A stretch of 64,000 nt of DNA from Selaginella moellendorffii (lineage: Eukaryota; Plantae; Lycopodiophyta), in contig NW_003314360.1 of NCBI RefSeq assembly GCF_000143415.4, positions 166,284 through 230,283 of the forward strand. The letters are read 5' to 3'. Both the position numbers and the translations under genes were made by a program. The notes below the pieces were generated by a model, which made no database searches, was not told the origin of the DNA, and saw only the letters and a list, made by a program, of their open reading frames with translations. Shown piece after piece: positions 1-13,019 of this stretch; the first letter of the stretch is position 1, and every line of letters begins with the position of its first letter.

Positions 1-346
1 TGCCCACTCGTTCGCTTCCTTGGTGATTGACGTATACTCGGGATGCCTTTGGAAAGATAGAGAGCATGGTATCTCCGGAAGCTCGAATCTCGTGAGAGCA
101 AAGAGATGTTCTACCGCTGGTAGCTTCTGTAAACACGGACTTGCCATTTCTTAGAGATGGTTTCGAGATATTTTCTTCAATTTATACTGCTAAGTTTCAC
201 GTGACCATGCCCAAGAAGTTTCCTGCTTGGACTGACTTTGATTGTGTACAGAAAATAGAACCGGTTGTTGCCAAAGAAAAGGCGGTCAGAAAAAAGGACT
301 GGTTGTTACTCCCTCGGCATGAATGAGTGAATAAGATGATATCGAC

Positions 347-1370
347 ATGGAGTTTCTAGCACCGCCGTCTCAACTTGCCAGTATCACCCAGTGGGTCTGT
401 TCCATTGATCGGACACCTCCACCTCTTTGGGAGGAAACCCCATCTCTCTGTATGACCGATCTTCTCTCTCCGGCTGGGAATGGTGCCATCCGTGGTGGTC
501 GCGAGCGCCCATCTGGCCAAGGAGCTCTTTAAACCCAGGACTTTACATTCTCTTCCAGGCCGTATTTCATGCCAGGGGAGTATAGCTTCTACAACTTCCT
601 TGACATGGGATTCGCTGGAAGAACATGCGGAGCTGTGTGCCACGGAGCTCTTCACAATCAGGCGCATGGATTCTTTCTTGTGGGTGCGAACAGAGGAGCT
701 CCGTGAGATGCTATCGGCGCTCTTGGATTCTTCTCTGGATTGCAAGCCCGTCAACATGAGAGACATGGTCACGACATGCCTGTTCAATGTGGTCACCCGG
801 ATCTTGATGAGCAAGAGGTTCTACACGTTTGTGGGAGACGAGGCAACCATGGATGAAGATGCCCGGGAGTTTAAGAGCCTCCTGCTGTCCATCACAGACC
901 AGGCGATCCATTTTCATCCTTGAGGTACTTGAGCATGATGTGCATGAAGTCCTCCTTGCTGCTATTGACACCAAGCTTGTGCTCGTCGACTATCTTCTGC
1001 AAGACACTATCAATCTTTGGCTGCAGCTTCTTGAGCCGTGGGATCTTCCAGTCGATGCCTCTAAGCCACGGTGGGACAAACTCGCTGGTGTGAACCATAT
1101 TGCGAGGACAGTGTCAAGGCCAATAGCATGGTAAGTTCTTCCTCTCGTGATTTGATGTCTCTTAACTATATCCTCGAATATGCCAGGAGCTTATATCTGG
1201 TGGAACAACTGGAGCTACACAATGTTGTCTTCTCCAACCAGGCAAGAATTCCCCATCTCCTCTTGAGCTTTTCCTAGCATCTCCAGGTGGTGAAGAAGCT
1301 CCAGGATTGACCACCTGATCACAGCAGCACTTGTGTTGCAAGCAGTGATCAAGGAAGCTCCAAGATTGTT
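347..1370 (+). pseudogene. Cytochrome P450 (CYP71-clan-like) pseudogene, 3' truncated, with two internal inversions
   Basis: Motifs in order: PLIGHLHL, VPSVVVASAHLAKELFK, ELFTIRRMDSF, NVVTRILMSKRF. The F/G-helix part is on the minus strand (908-1093). EDSVKANSM is followed by a GT-AG intron at 1131-1187, then ELISGGT. The rest of the I/J helix (TSAAVIRWSILELLHH) is on the minus strand, and the K-helix LQAVIKEAPRL is on +. Frameshifts are present and there is no heme-binding motif. Confidence 0.9.
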
Positions 1371-1599
1371 TATATTACATAAATTGTAAGCAAAGGTGAG
1401 AAGTTCTTGGCATTGCACATTAGTGACAATTCAGTTAACACTTTTATGTCTTTCAACATCTACATCAATATATCATTAGAAGGGATTGCAAAGGGGCAAC
1501 TACCAAAGAAGTCCACAAGTACGACAATTTATGATTGCTAACATGGTTAGTCTTATTTTATGTGATATACAACTTATAAGTGTAACATGATTTTAAAAA

Positions 1600-1850
1600 T
1601 CATTTTTATAAATATTGTCTATAAGTATCTTCGATATAGAAGTGTGTCATTTGAGGCATTAATTGTACTTAACTTGTTGCAAAGGGTGTAAAGGATGGAA
1701 GAATGTACCCAACAATGTTTGCAAAAATTCAAAAGGCATAAAAGATAAATTGCTAAGAGTTGGAGCTCCTTAGGAAGCAAACACTTACATTTGACTAGGA
1801 GGAAATTTGGCAATGATGGCAATGCTAGGATGAAGAAGCTCTAAAAAATA
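1600..1850 (+). mobile_element. Fragment of MULE-related transposase 3' region
   Basis: Clear nucleotide similarity to 17685-17900 (acttgttgcaaagggtgta...aatgtacccaacaatgtttgca...gagttggagctcct). Confidence 0.6.
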
Positions 1851-1879
1851 CTTAAATATAAATTAAGAGAAACAAGTTA

Positions 1880-4850
1880 AAACATTTTGACAGTGGAACG
1901 GGAGTCTAATCTTGATTATCTTGGAATGCAAGCTTAATTTAGGCAATAATAGTCTTCCGAAGAGCCAACAACCGCACATACTTCATCAATCGATCCACTA
2001 TGACCCATACTTGCTCATTTTGCCTCTATGTGTATGGCAAACAAGTGATGAAGTCCATAAAGATACTACACTAACGGCTCTAAGGAATCCCTATAGTTTC
2101 TCCCGTGGCACCTTAACCTACTGACAGAGTTTGCATGATTGACAATACTTGAGGATATCAACCTTCATATTCCTCCAATAAAAATTGTGTTTAATCAACA
2201 CATACATCTTCTTCCCCCCAAAATGATCGGCCTTTGGACAATCATAATATTGGAATAAAACCTAAGCAATTAATATATTTACTTATGGTAAATGTACACG
2301 GCCATTGTAGTAGAGAATCCCATCCACCAATGAGAAAGGTGCTTCCAGCTGGGTGTGCAAAGAAACCATCTTGAGCATCTTGAGTTTGAGCACGCTTAAC
2401 CAACTACCCAAACTCACTAACCACCTTTTTTAAATGATGACAAAATCGTGTTTATAACACTGTCACATGATAAATACGAGGTAAAGCATCTGCCACTACA
2501 TTTGATTTTCCCGGAAAATGCTCAATAAAAAACTCCATAAATTCCATAAGTTTGACCATCCAATGAGCTTGCCTAATGTTCAACTCTTTCTGTGTAAAAA
2601 GATACACAAGAGGTTTGTGATCTATCAACACCACAAAGACTGCACTATAAAAATAATGCTACCACGTCCTCAAAGCATGAACAATAGAGAGTAACTTTTG
2701 CTCATATGTGGAATAGTGTTGCTCCGCAGGATTCAAAGTTTGACTCGCATATGTAATAAGTTGTCCCTCTTGCATGAGAACTCCTTCTAGTGCATAACCA
2801 CTTGCATCACATGTCACCTTGTAAGGTTTTGATAGATCAGCAATGTGAAGTACTGGAGCCTCACTCAACAACTGTTCCAATGCCAAAAAACTCTCTTCTT
2901 ATGGCTTTTTCCACTCGAATGGCACATTCTTGTGCAACAACCATGTCAAAGGAATAGCCACCTCCGCAAACTTATGCTGGAAATGTTAGTAGTAACTAAC
3001 CATACCAAGAAAACTACATAACTCAACCACTATAATCGGTGTAGGTCAATTTTCCACTGTAGCCACCTTTCTTGAATCCGTCTTGACACCCTTAGATGTC
3101 ACAATATAGGCTAGATATTCCACTTCCAACTTTGCAAACTCATATTACTCCTTTTCACATAAAATTTGGTGTCATGGAGTAACAAAAGAACTTTGCACAA
3201 ATGTACCTTATGCTCCTCCATATTCTTGCTGAGAAAAACATAGGAGATCTTGTAGCATAGAGCTTCTAAAATCATGCTCTTGGGTTTGGGAGAAAGATCG
3301 TCCAATAAAATCTCCACAAACTCATGAAGATAATGCCCAAATACCTCCATCATCAACTGAGTAAATGTGGCAAGTGCATTTGTTAAACAAAATAGCATAA
3401 TTGTAAACTCAAAATGTCCAAAGTTTGTGTTGAATGCCATCTTGGAGATACATGTATCATCCATTGCAATCTGATGATATCCACTTTTTAGATCAATTTT
3501 GGTAAACATTCATGCTTCACCAAGCTTATCTAAGATATAATCCACATGCAGCATTGGCATTTTATCCTTCACTGTCTTTTTGTTCAAAGCATGGTAGTCA
3601 ATACACATTTGCATTGAACCATTCTTCTTCTTCACAAGCGAGATTAGAGCACCAAACAAAGACTAATTTGGCAAAATAAATCCAAACTCAAGTAACTCCT
3701 TAACTTGTTATTAGACTTCTTGCTCCTTTGCATAAGTTATTGAAATAGATGCCGGTAAATTGGTTGCATTCTCAACTCCAATGTAATCCCATGCTCCATA
3801 CATCATAATGGAGGCAACCCATGAGGAAGTTCAAATGGAAAAATATCGAAAAACTCATCAACTACATCCTGTACTGTTACTTCTCTCCCACATGTGCCTT
3901 GGTCCCCCAAGTCACAAACAAATAGTAAGTAATTCGAAAGTGGTTTTCCATTACGACAAGCTCACTTCAAAGATGTAGCAAAGAGCATAACAACTGGGGG
4001 TTGAATTCCTTCTCCAAACTACATATCTTTAACGCCACTGTACTCTAACGAGACACATTTAATACTCCACTTTATCTTTGGATCCACCTTCACCAACCAT
4101 GGCATCCCAAGAATGAGATTCACACGATGGATATCCATGAGATAAAAAGTCTCCATGAGTGTGGTTTTGTCAATCAATACTTCTAACCCCTTTACATAAG
4201 CATCGAAATGCTAAGCAAAGGTAGCTGCACGTTCCACCGTGTATGGAATAACTCCTCGTGTCACCAGGCCATGCTCTGCAACAAACTTTGCTGAAACAAA
4301 GTTGTCATCACTCTGCTATCCAATAAAATTCACACTGGACTATTATGGAACACGCCCTCCAGCATTAAAGTTGATTCACAAGTGTTCTCAAGCTTGGTAT
4401 GGGGATTATTCTTGGGTTTGGAATATTTGGCTTCTGTATTGGCATTGTTCTTGCTTGCATTGGCCATGCCATTGGAAAATTTGCTGACAATATGGACAAA
4501 GCTGGTGACTCTACGAGAAAGACATAGTGGAGCTTGTTGGAAATCATTGTAATTCTCATTAAAAATACATCTATATAGCTGCTCCAAAAGAACAAGTTTG
4601 ATTCCAAATTAGAAGAAAGGGAAGGCCTTAGAAGTCATCTTTTAGGGCTTATAAAGCCAGGTAGAATGTGGGTATAAAGCTGGCAATAGTAGCAATGGCA
4701 AATTCACGGTGTAAGAATTTCTCATCTTCTCAGCCTCAAGCTCTATTTTGTTCCATACACAGTTGAGTTGGTGAGCAATGATCGAAAGCCTCTTCCTCTG
4801 ACTTGAATGGGCATCCCTATCATCCTCACGCTGCAAAGTTTGCAACTTTT
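1880..4850 (-). mobile_element. Degenerate Ty3/Gypsy retrotransposon internal region (gag-PR-RT-RNaseH-partial IN)
   Basis: Fragmented ORFs: RT FTKIDLKSGYHQI and FEFTIML..LTNALATF (3111-3509); RNase H CDASGYAL, YSTYEQKLLSIVHALRTW and GKSNVVADAL (2452-2886). Many stops and frameshifts; no LTRs recognised. Confidence 0.88.
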
Positions 4851-5447
4851 TAATATTAGACTTACTTCTTTGACCCCTTTACATCCGAAGTAACCACCAC
4901 AGATTTTATCTTGTGATGCTTGTTTCCATCCTTGTGTCCACAACAATCATCACGACGATTCTCGATAGAAGGACTCCTGGAATGCTTGCGATACTTGTGC
5001 TTATCATTATCAAGTTGACGAGCCACATCAAGCCCCAAAAACATGGTACTGCTGAAGAACTTGAACCTGAGCACACAAATGCAAGACACTAACCTCAACT
5101 CCCAATCATTCCGGAGCAACACGCATTACTCTTGGCACTAACTCTTCAAATTGCCCAATTGATATGAGAAATTGGCTCATGAGCAATAATCTTCTCAACC
5201 TCTGGCATTGGATTTACTTGTGTAACAACTGGCACCTCCTCCACTCCATGTTCCTTAGTTCTTCTCCAGTGTTGTGGAACAAAACTTTGGATGGTGAGAG
5301 CAAGAAGGAGTGATGTTGGGCCCATCAAATATCTGTCAATGTTTCATATGGGTTATCTTCATGCCCCCTTGTGGTTCATAACTTGATTCTATAGGAGTTC
5401 CTATAACAACTTCCTCCACCATCTTAGACATTGACCCTATTGCTGGT

Positions 5448-5896
5448 ATCCGGGGCCCGACATGTCCAGGTGCCCGATATGTCCGGGTCCCGAGATATTG
5501 GGGCCCAGATATATCTGGGGCTGGACATGTCCAGGGCCCAGATATATCCGGGGTTGGACATGTCCGGGGCCCGACATATCCGGGTGCCCGACATGTCCGG
5601 GTGCCTCACATGTCCAGGGCCCGACATATCGGGGCCCGACATATCGGGGCCCGACATATCTGGGTGCCTGACATGTCCGGGGCTCGACATGTCCGGGTGC
5701 CCGACATGTCCGGGGCTCGACATGTTCGGGTGCTTGACATGTCCGGGTGCCCGACATATCGAGGCCCGGATATATCTGGGGCTGGACATGTCTGGGGCCT
5801 GACATATCCAGGTGCCTGACACATCCGGGTGCCTGACATGTCCGGGTGCCCAACATGTCTGGGGCCGGACATGTCCAGGGCCTAAGGTATGCGACA
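5448..5896. repeat. GC-rich ~16-21 bp minisatellite (GACATGTCCGGGGCCC variants) inserted in MULE transposase pseudogene
   Basis: More than 20 tandem units built from the palindromic parts GACATGTC and GGGCCC; absent from the homologous site near 23580. Confidence 0.9.
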
Positions 5897-8804
5897 TGTC
5901 TTTCTACCAACCCACTCTCGAAGCTTGGACTTGTACCAACAAACCTTGCTTCTTGTGCAACTAAAGCTTTTGATGACTATTCAAGAGATCTAGTGAGGTT
6001 GGACAATGTAGCTTCATAGAGGGACACTTTTCCTTTCCTTGCTTCGAAAGATCTCCAACTCCAATGTTTGCTCTCAGACAGATTAATTGTTGGTGTAAGT
6101 GTAATGTCATCAAGTGGTTGATCCTAGGAAAAATGCAACATTTGAATGTGACAAGAAAAGAAAATGAGAAAAAACTTACATGGAGAATAAAATGGCCCCA
6201 CTGAAACATTCGAACTTCCCACCATGCAAGCCAGCATTCCATTTGTGGAAGGTGTTCAATTGACACTTTGTCTCCTTCACGCCACCATATATGCATTTCA
6301 TTTGCTTTTGCCTCATGCTCCTCTTTAGTTGGTGCATCCATCCATTCCCGACAAAGCTGCTTGAACTTGTGATAGAAGTTAGACTTGATGCATCGGCAAT
6401 ATTTGTTGACACTCTTTGCCCAATGAAACTTACAACTCTTCTCTCTACCTTGTAATGGCTGACTTTTATCACCTCCAAATACTTGTTGTATAGCCAACTA
6501 ATTAGCACCAGCAGCATCTACCATGAAACCATAGAAGTTGGGTTTCTTCTCGATTTGCTATTCAACAACCTCAGATATACATGTCCAAAAGACAGTTTAA
6601 GCTTGGAAATCTTGAATTTTGAATTTGGTTATAGCTATAGTCAAGTTGCACTGCAACTTATAAAAGGAATGGTTATAATGTAAATCGGTATGGAATCCTT
6701 AAAAAATGAAAAGCCACTTACTTGTGATCATAAACATGGGCTTCGATTGTTGACCAGCCTGAAACTTGTTCCATGTGGTCGAAATAGATCCAAGAATTAG
6801 CCAAATCCCCATCCATTCACTATACAAGGTCTACACTAGAAGCAGAACCAAGGGTGGACATTTTAAAGATAAAAGGGTGTTGACTGTTCGAAGTCACTTA
6901 ACCAACAAACAAGCTCTCATGAATAAACTCATAGGGACATTTTCTTTTTAACTCCAAAATCACATCCAATCTAGATTGAAGCTTTCCATCTTGCCCTTCT
7001 CGCATCCACTTTTTTGTTCTGCAAAAAAAAAGAGTGTTTCTAGTGACGAAGTAGAGTTAAGTATTAATCTTATACCTGTTTAAATTTGTCACGGGTTCTA
7101 TATTTCAAAGCAGGTCTTTCAAGCTGTTCTCCGTGAACTTTTTTTTTGCTATCAACTTGTAGTAACATGTCCACCACATAGTCCTTTAGTACAGACTGTT
7201 GAACACACTTTGGAGTTGCGATATTTTCCTTCCCAGCCTCTGTAGTAATAGCAACCTTTAAATTGCGAAAAGAATCACCGCGGATTCCTTCCTCTATTGC
7301 ATGTTGGTGGTATCCAACATGCACTACTGCTCTGCCTAAACATCCATCCTATGGAAGAAAATAATACATTTTTGCATCGCAACATATTTGACACACAGGT
7401 GTTGCCCCACATTTGTGACATTTAATCCCTATAGCAACCTCATGACACCTAGGGGGATTGATTGCTAAGCCTTCAAAGAAACACATATTTTTGCCATGAT
7501 CAAAAATGCATTTCTCAGCGACACACTGAAGCTGTCCACTACAATGGACTATAGACACAGATCTATCACAATAGGAGAAGTGGGTCATCTTTACCCTTCA
7601 CCAATTATGTGGATCAAGATGCGTTTCTATGCCCCTCTTCTTGCTTGACAAATTGGCTGGTGGAAATTCGAAGAATATATTCCCATTATAGGAAGATGGA
7701 AGCTCCTCACCTCTCATGTACTGGAACTCTTTCAATTCCAACCGTAATGATCAAGATTGCCAAAATGCCTTATCCACCACTTCAAAAACTGGTCCAAAAG
7801 GAATGCACCTACTTTTTTGTGAAGCTATGTCAAGAAGCTCATTTTCTTCACTGGAGAGAATAACAACTTCATTCTTCACTCCTTGCATAGTTGGCTATGA
7901 AACTGATGCATTCTCCTCTACTTGCTTTGGAGATCCTATAACTAGAATCTCCTGACTTGTATATCTATCAAAATCCCATTGAATCCCATTCTTTCCCATA
8001 CCATTGTTGAGAAGAATGGATTTTTCTATTTGATTACCCTTATTACAACATACATTCTACAAACTAACTAATCCCAACTTTAGCTTGAATCTTCTACAAA
8101 GAAAGATCTCTCCTATAACACTTGTAGAGAAAACAATTGGAGGCTCTTGATCAAATTTTAAGTAAAATTCTCTCATATCTTCTCCTTGCTCAACCACTTA
8201 GAAAAAATTTAAGGAGACACTAACAAGGAAGAACAAAAATATTCTTTTGTATTGTGAGCTTTAATTAGTTGTATCCTTGCAAAGGACAAATTAATTATTT
8301 TAACAAAATATACAACCATTTAGAATCTAGAGATATATGAGAATCTTAAAGAGCCACCCATATTAATTGTATAATTGATTATGAGAGGAATAATACTGTT
8401 GAAATGAATGGGGTTATGAGTAAGAGGTGTCAATTAATCACGAGAATTGTAGCATTGATTGCTTGTTCTCCCTTTCATCTCCATGCTCTTTTCCCTTCAA
8501 AAGAGTTTCATTCTTTTGTAACAAGTGAGAGAGAGTCAAGCTCAAAAAGTTTGGTTCATGTGTGACCATTGATTATGACCGTTAATTTTTAGGGTTTTAC
8601 TGCTAGGGTTTAAGCAAGGAAGGGCAAGAGAAAAATGCCTAAATCTCACAATATACTTCAAGATGCTTCTCAATCAGGACACTAGATGCTCTTCAAGACA
8701 CTAGAAAGACACTCCTCAATCAAGGTATGCCTCTCTCTACTACTTTTTCATCTCCCCATCTTTTACTCCTAGCTCGCGAGCAACTTGTGTCTCACGGCTA
8801 CTTC

Positions 8805-9350
8805 GTGCTGGAATGATTGATTCAACAGCAAACCAATCTTCCCAACACGTCAGATTCTTTTTTTTTTTTTGTCGTTCCCTTGGCACTGAGAAGATTAGTT
8901 TGGCAATAAACTGATCTTCCCAGTGCCAAGGGAACTACTTCTTTTTTTCGTTTTTTTGTTCCCTTGGATCAGTTCGGCGATGAACCAATCTTCCCAGTGC
9001 CATGGGAACTGCTTCTTTTCTTCTTTTTTTTTGTTCTCTTAGCCCTAGAAGATTGGTTTGCTACCAAACCGATCTTCTCAATGCTAAGGGAGTTGTTCCT
9101 TTTCTTTTTTTCTTTAGTTTTCTTGGCACTGGAAGATTGGTTCGCCAAAACAATCTTCCCAGCACCAAGATAGTTACTTCTTTTCATTTTTCCTTTGTTC
9201 CTTTGGCACTGAAAGATTGATTTAGTAGTGAACTAATCTTCTCAACACCAAGGGAGCTACTTCTTTTCTTTTTTTCTTTTGTTCCCTTGGTGCTAGAAAA
9301 TTGGTTCGGCAACAAACCAATTTTCCTAGTGCCAAGGAAATTGCTTTTAT
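8805..9350. repeat. Tandem array of ~7 hairpin-forming ~75-80 bp units with TTGGTTC-N6-GAACCAA core
   Basis: Unit consensus CCCTTGGCACTGRGAAGATTGGTTC-N6-RAACCAATCTTCCCAGTGCCAAGGG followed by a T-rich linker. It lies in a probable 5'UTR intron (GT near 8724 to AG near 9404) of the cargo gene. Confidence 0.85.
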
Positions 9351-9616
9351 TTTTCTTCAAATTTTTTTTAATGTTTACTCAAGTTTTTCTGTCATTTTTA
9401 TACAGACATATAAATCATGCCACAACAGAAGAAGCATGCTGGTCAACCTCAATGGACCCGTTCTCTAGGAAAATGACTAGATCATTATGCTAGATTCAAT
9501 AGGGACACCTCACAAGTTCAAGGTGCTGCTTCAGAGGAAGACCATGGTGGGAGCAATGGTGTCCAGATCCAAGCAATGGTTGATCCTAATGTAGATGTCA
9601 GCATGTAGGAGCCAGA

Positions 9617-10750
9617 TGTAAGCCATAAATTATTCCTTTCCAATCTGCCAGCTTACCTCATCTATCCGACCAACCCCGCCTTGGCTTTAGCTAAGTTCCC
9701 TCGCTAAGGTTCCCGCCTATGGTACCAACTCGTACTTGGTCCTACTTGGTTTCAGCTACTCATTGCACGAGCCACGGAGCATTAGCCATCCCCAAATCTC
9801 TCCCAATCCCCCTCCCCGGGTTAGACTAGACTTAAGGTTTGGCTATACTCCCCACAGGCACAAGCAGCCAAGCACATTAAGCCTCCAAGTTCCTAACATC
9901 TCTTAGTACCACAAGATTTGATTATGGGACCCTCTAAATCCCAAGTCTTGGGTGCAACACTTGCTTCGGGACGCCAGGGCGAAACACCGTGGCCTAACGG
10001 CCCGGTATGGGTACCTCTACCCCCCCACTTCCATCCCAAAGGGAAGGTCCAAGCCCCTAGAAAGGGCAAGGAACAATGAGCCACAAGGTACTCAAGTGGG
10101 GCACCACCTCACATGAGTTGGGAGCACCGCAGTCGGTTTCTCTTTCGGGAGTGGGAGTTGCTCTTGAGCACTTCCTTGGGTGGCCCTTCTGGAACCACTC
10201 GAGTCCATGCTCACTCTCACCCAAGGCCCCTCATCCCCAATCTCAACCTCAAGTCAGTTTAGAAGCACCACTGGAGAGTTCCTTCAAAACTGATTCCTGG
10301 ACCTCAGTATCCCTACTATACTTTTGGAACCCTCTGCAACCCCCCCCCCTAGGAGACACATGCTTTGGGCTTTCACCCCTTGACCTATATTAGTATTCGG
10401 ACTCAGTCTCGGACTCGATCTTGGACCTGACTTCGGACTCAGTCTCAAACTCGATCTCGAACTCGATCTCGGACCCGATTTTGGACTCGATTTCGGATTC
10501 AATTTTGGATTCGATCTCAGACCCGATTTCGAATCGCAGACTCCATCTTGAACTCGGTCTCGAACTTGGCCTCGAACTTGGTCTCCGAGTCGGTCTCGGA
10601 CTCGATCCCGGACTCTATCACGAACTCGGTCTCAGAGTCGGTCTTGGACTCGATCTCAGACTTGGTCCCATCCGATGAACTCTTTGTCATTTCGGTCATG
10701 CTTTCGGGGATCCTTTAGCCTACGACACCTCGGGGAGTTGGTTCCTTACA
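9617..10750 (-). mobile_element. Solo LTR of chromovirus family A
   Basis: TG...CA ends; reverse complement of LTR 51962-53123; flanked by ccaga/ccaaa (5-bp TSD with one mismatch). Confidence 0.9.
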
Positions 10751-11261
10751 CCAAATGGTTCTAGAGAGCACGGAAATGCATAACCTATCTATAACATAGG
10801 AGAAGCTGCTGCTGGTGGTGGAAATGAGGCACTTAGTGCCATAGGTGGTGTGGTAGAAATGAGGCACCTGGTGCTATAGGTGGTGGGGCAAATCTTGGTG
10901 GTGGAAATGGTAGACATGTTGTTGCTCCTGAAAGTCACAGAAATGAGGTGGTAACTATGATAGAGGTTGACACAATTTTGAATGAGCAAGTACACGAGAC
11001 TATTGTCTAGGCTCAAGAACGAACTATCAATAAGGTGTTAGGTGAAATGGCTTAGAAAGGATCCCAATATCTTCAGATTCCACTTTGCTATCTTATGTAG
11101 AGTCACTGGGTGCGCTCAGCCTATGACCTCAACATGGCTATTTATACCTCTTTCATAGAGGTTGGATGCATACTGCTGGATCATTTATTATGTTGTCATC
11201 ATTCCCCGGAACAAATCGCATAGACATGGTTACTCGTGAGATCAAGTAGACTTGGGGTACT

Positions 11262-11345
11262 AGCACAATGCTGGCAAACGTCCTGACCAAGGCTCTACCT
11301 TGTGTACAGCATCAAGTCTTCCTAAAGACACTCAAGCTAGGTGAC
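11262..11345 (+). mobile_element. Ty1/Copia RNase H C-terminal fragment
   Basis: Translates to MLANVLTKALPCVQHQVFLKTLKL, matching the copia ADxLTKAL motif. Confidence 0.5.
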
Positions 11346-12299
11346 AGAAACCTTGAGTAGGAGTGCCGGGAAGCACAAGGTTCACATCACTAGCCACATC
11401 ACATATCCTCACCAACCGGCAAGAGTTGCCATAACCACCAAAATGCAGTGAAGTATCTACCAAGTTGTTTCCACAAATCCTACAATGGAAGTAGCCCATA
11501 ATCCTGACTCTAGGAATTCCCCAAGAACCTCTCTAGCATGAACTTCAATGGTATTTGATGTTCCAAAGGGTGCAACCACATTCTTGCATGTCTATGCTAT
11601 TGGAAGGGATTCAGCCATATGGGATGAAACTTGTAGTTTTGAGATGAAACGAACAAAGAGTGAACCCTAGGCTAACTTCCCAACCCTTTAAGGCATTCTA
11701 ACCTTAAATCTCATAGGCCATAGAAGATTCTCAAAATATTTTTGTGGTTCATGTCATTGTCCCCTTTCTCATAACCTAGCCATTGATGGTAGTCTTGAGA
11801 AGGTAAACAAGCCTCACATGAAGAGAGTCCAAAGTAATATAACCATGGAGAAAAGATGTGTAAATGGCATTATTAACATTGCAACAAAATGAAAGAAAGA
11901 AAGTAAATATGGTTTTCTATGGCTGCTCCTTCGGGTCCCCGGAGTAGTGACTATCCCCAACGGAAAAGAAGGAACACACCACTGTGGCGGCCCTTGTGAT
12001 AATATGGTCACGGAAACAAAGGAATGAGAATAATGCAAATGGCTCAAAAATATAGCTATAGAACTCAATTATTTCCTTCCTTAGAAATGTCATTTAAATC
12101 ATAACTAAAACTCAAAAACACTCTCTTTATATCATCCTCAATTTCCTATGTAGCTTCCTCCATGCAATACCCATTCTACTAAACTAACACCTCCTAAGTT
12201 CTCTTACGGCGTGTTTTCATCAATTTTTGAGCAAGAATATTGGCTAAATCAGCCTTCTCAGAATTAATTTCTAGGACCTAGATGATGGATTGATTCATG

Positions 12300-12745
12300 A
12301 CATCATCAGAGTGCAAATAAAATTTAATTTTTCTTATATGGAATGTTGGATGAATTTCAAACTAGTTGGCAAGTCTAAAGTGTAAGCAAAATCCCCTATG
12401 CATTGTAAAATTATCCAAAGTCTGTAATGCCATGGGCATTGCCACCTCCTTTAAGAGATTGTTGCACATCTGACAACTTCAAGAAAACCTTGTTACCAAC
12501 TTTGTACTCTTAATGACTATGATGCTCATCAACCAATCTCTTATTTTATATTTGAACTTGTCTCATATTTAATTTTGCCAACTCAAGTTTGTTTTGTATA
12601 TCCTCTAGAAAATCACAAATATGAGACATATGAACCAAAGCTAAACTCAAACTCATGGGAGACCTAGGCTCATAACCATACATTGCTATAAATGAAGACA
12701 TGCCAATAATCAATTGATGAAGAGCATGAACCATTTTTAACCTTA
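12300..12745 (-). mobile_element. Degenerate Gypsy integrase C-terminal remnant
   Basis: MYGYEPRSP, ELAKLNMRQVQ, YKVGNKVFLK and EIHPTFHI remnants. Confidence 0.6.
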
Positions 12746-13019
12746 TGAGTTGAAGAGTTGAGCTCACAAGTCAAGCTCAAGTTTCAATTGTAGTTTAATA
12801 CAAATATTATAAACTTTAAATATTAAGGTTATGGCAAACTTAATAATTTTATATCACTCTACACATTTTATAGATTAAAATGTTCTAAATATTTACTATA
12901 TACTATCTTTTATTAATTATATAAAGTATAATAAGTTTATATTATTGATAGAGAATAAACATTAATAGTTTTGGCAAATCTAATTAGCTCTAAAAATTTT
13001 CTGCAATTCAGCAATAGTA

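Larger units (their letters stand above)
4860..11255 (-). mobile_element. Degenerate copy of the MULE family seen at 22328-31261 (transposase pseudogene on -, start of cargo gene on +)
   Basis: 4860-8360 is colinear with 23100-26070 (e.g. QPLQGREKSCKFHWAKSV, CSGQLQCVAEKC). The cargo N-terminus MPQQKKHAGQPQWTRS at 9417 matches MPQRKRRGQPQWSRS at 27148. Interrupted by a minisatellite insertion and a solo LTR. Confidence 0.85.

Noticed and set aside
5424-5910. Several overlapping 70-157 aa repetitive ORFs
   Set aside because: They are translations of a stop-poor minisatellite.
8805-9350. CRISPR-like appearance (palindromic repeats with spacers)
   Set aside because: Linkers are similar T-rich sequences rather than unique spacers, repeats are degenerate, there are no cas genes, and the context is eukaryotic.
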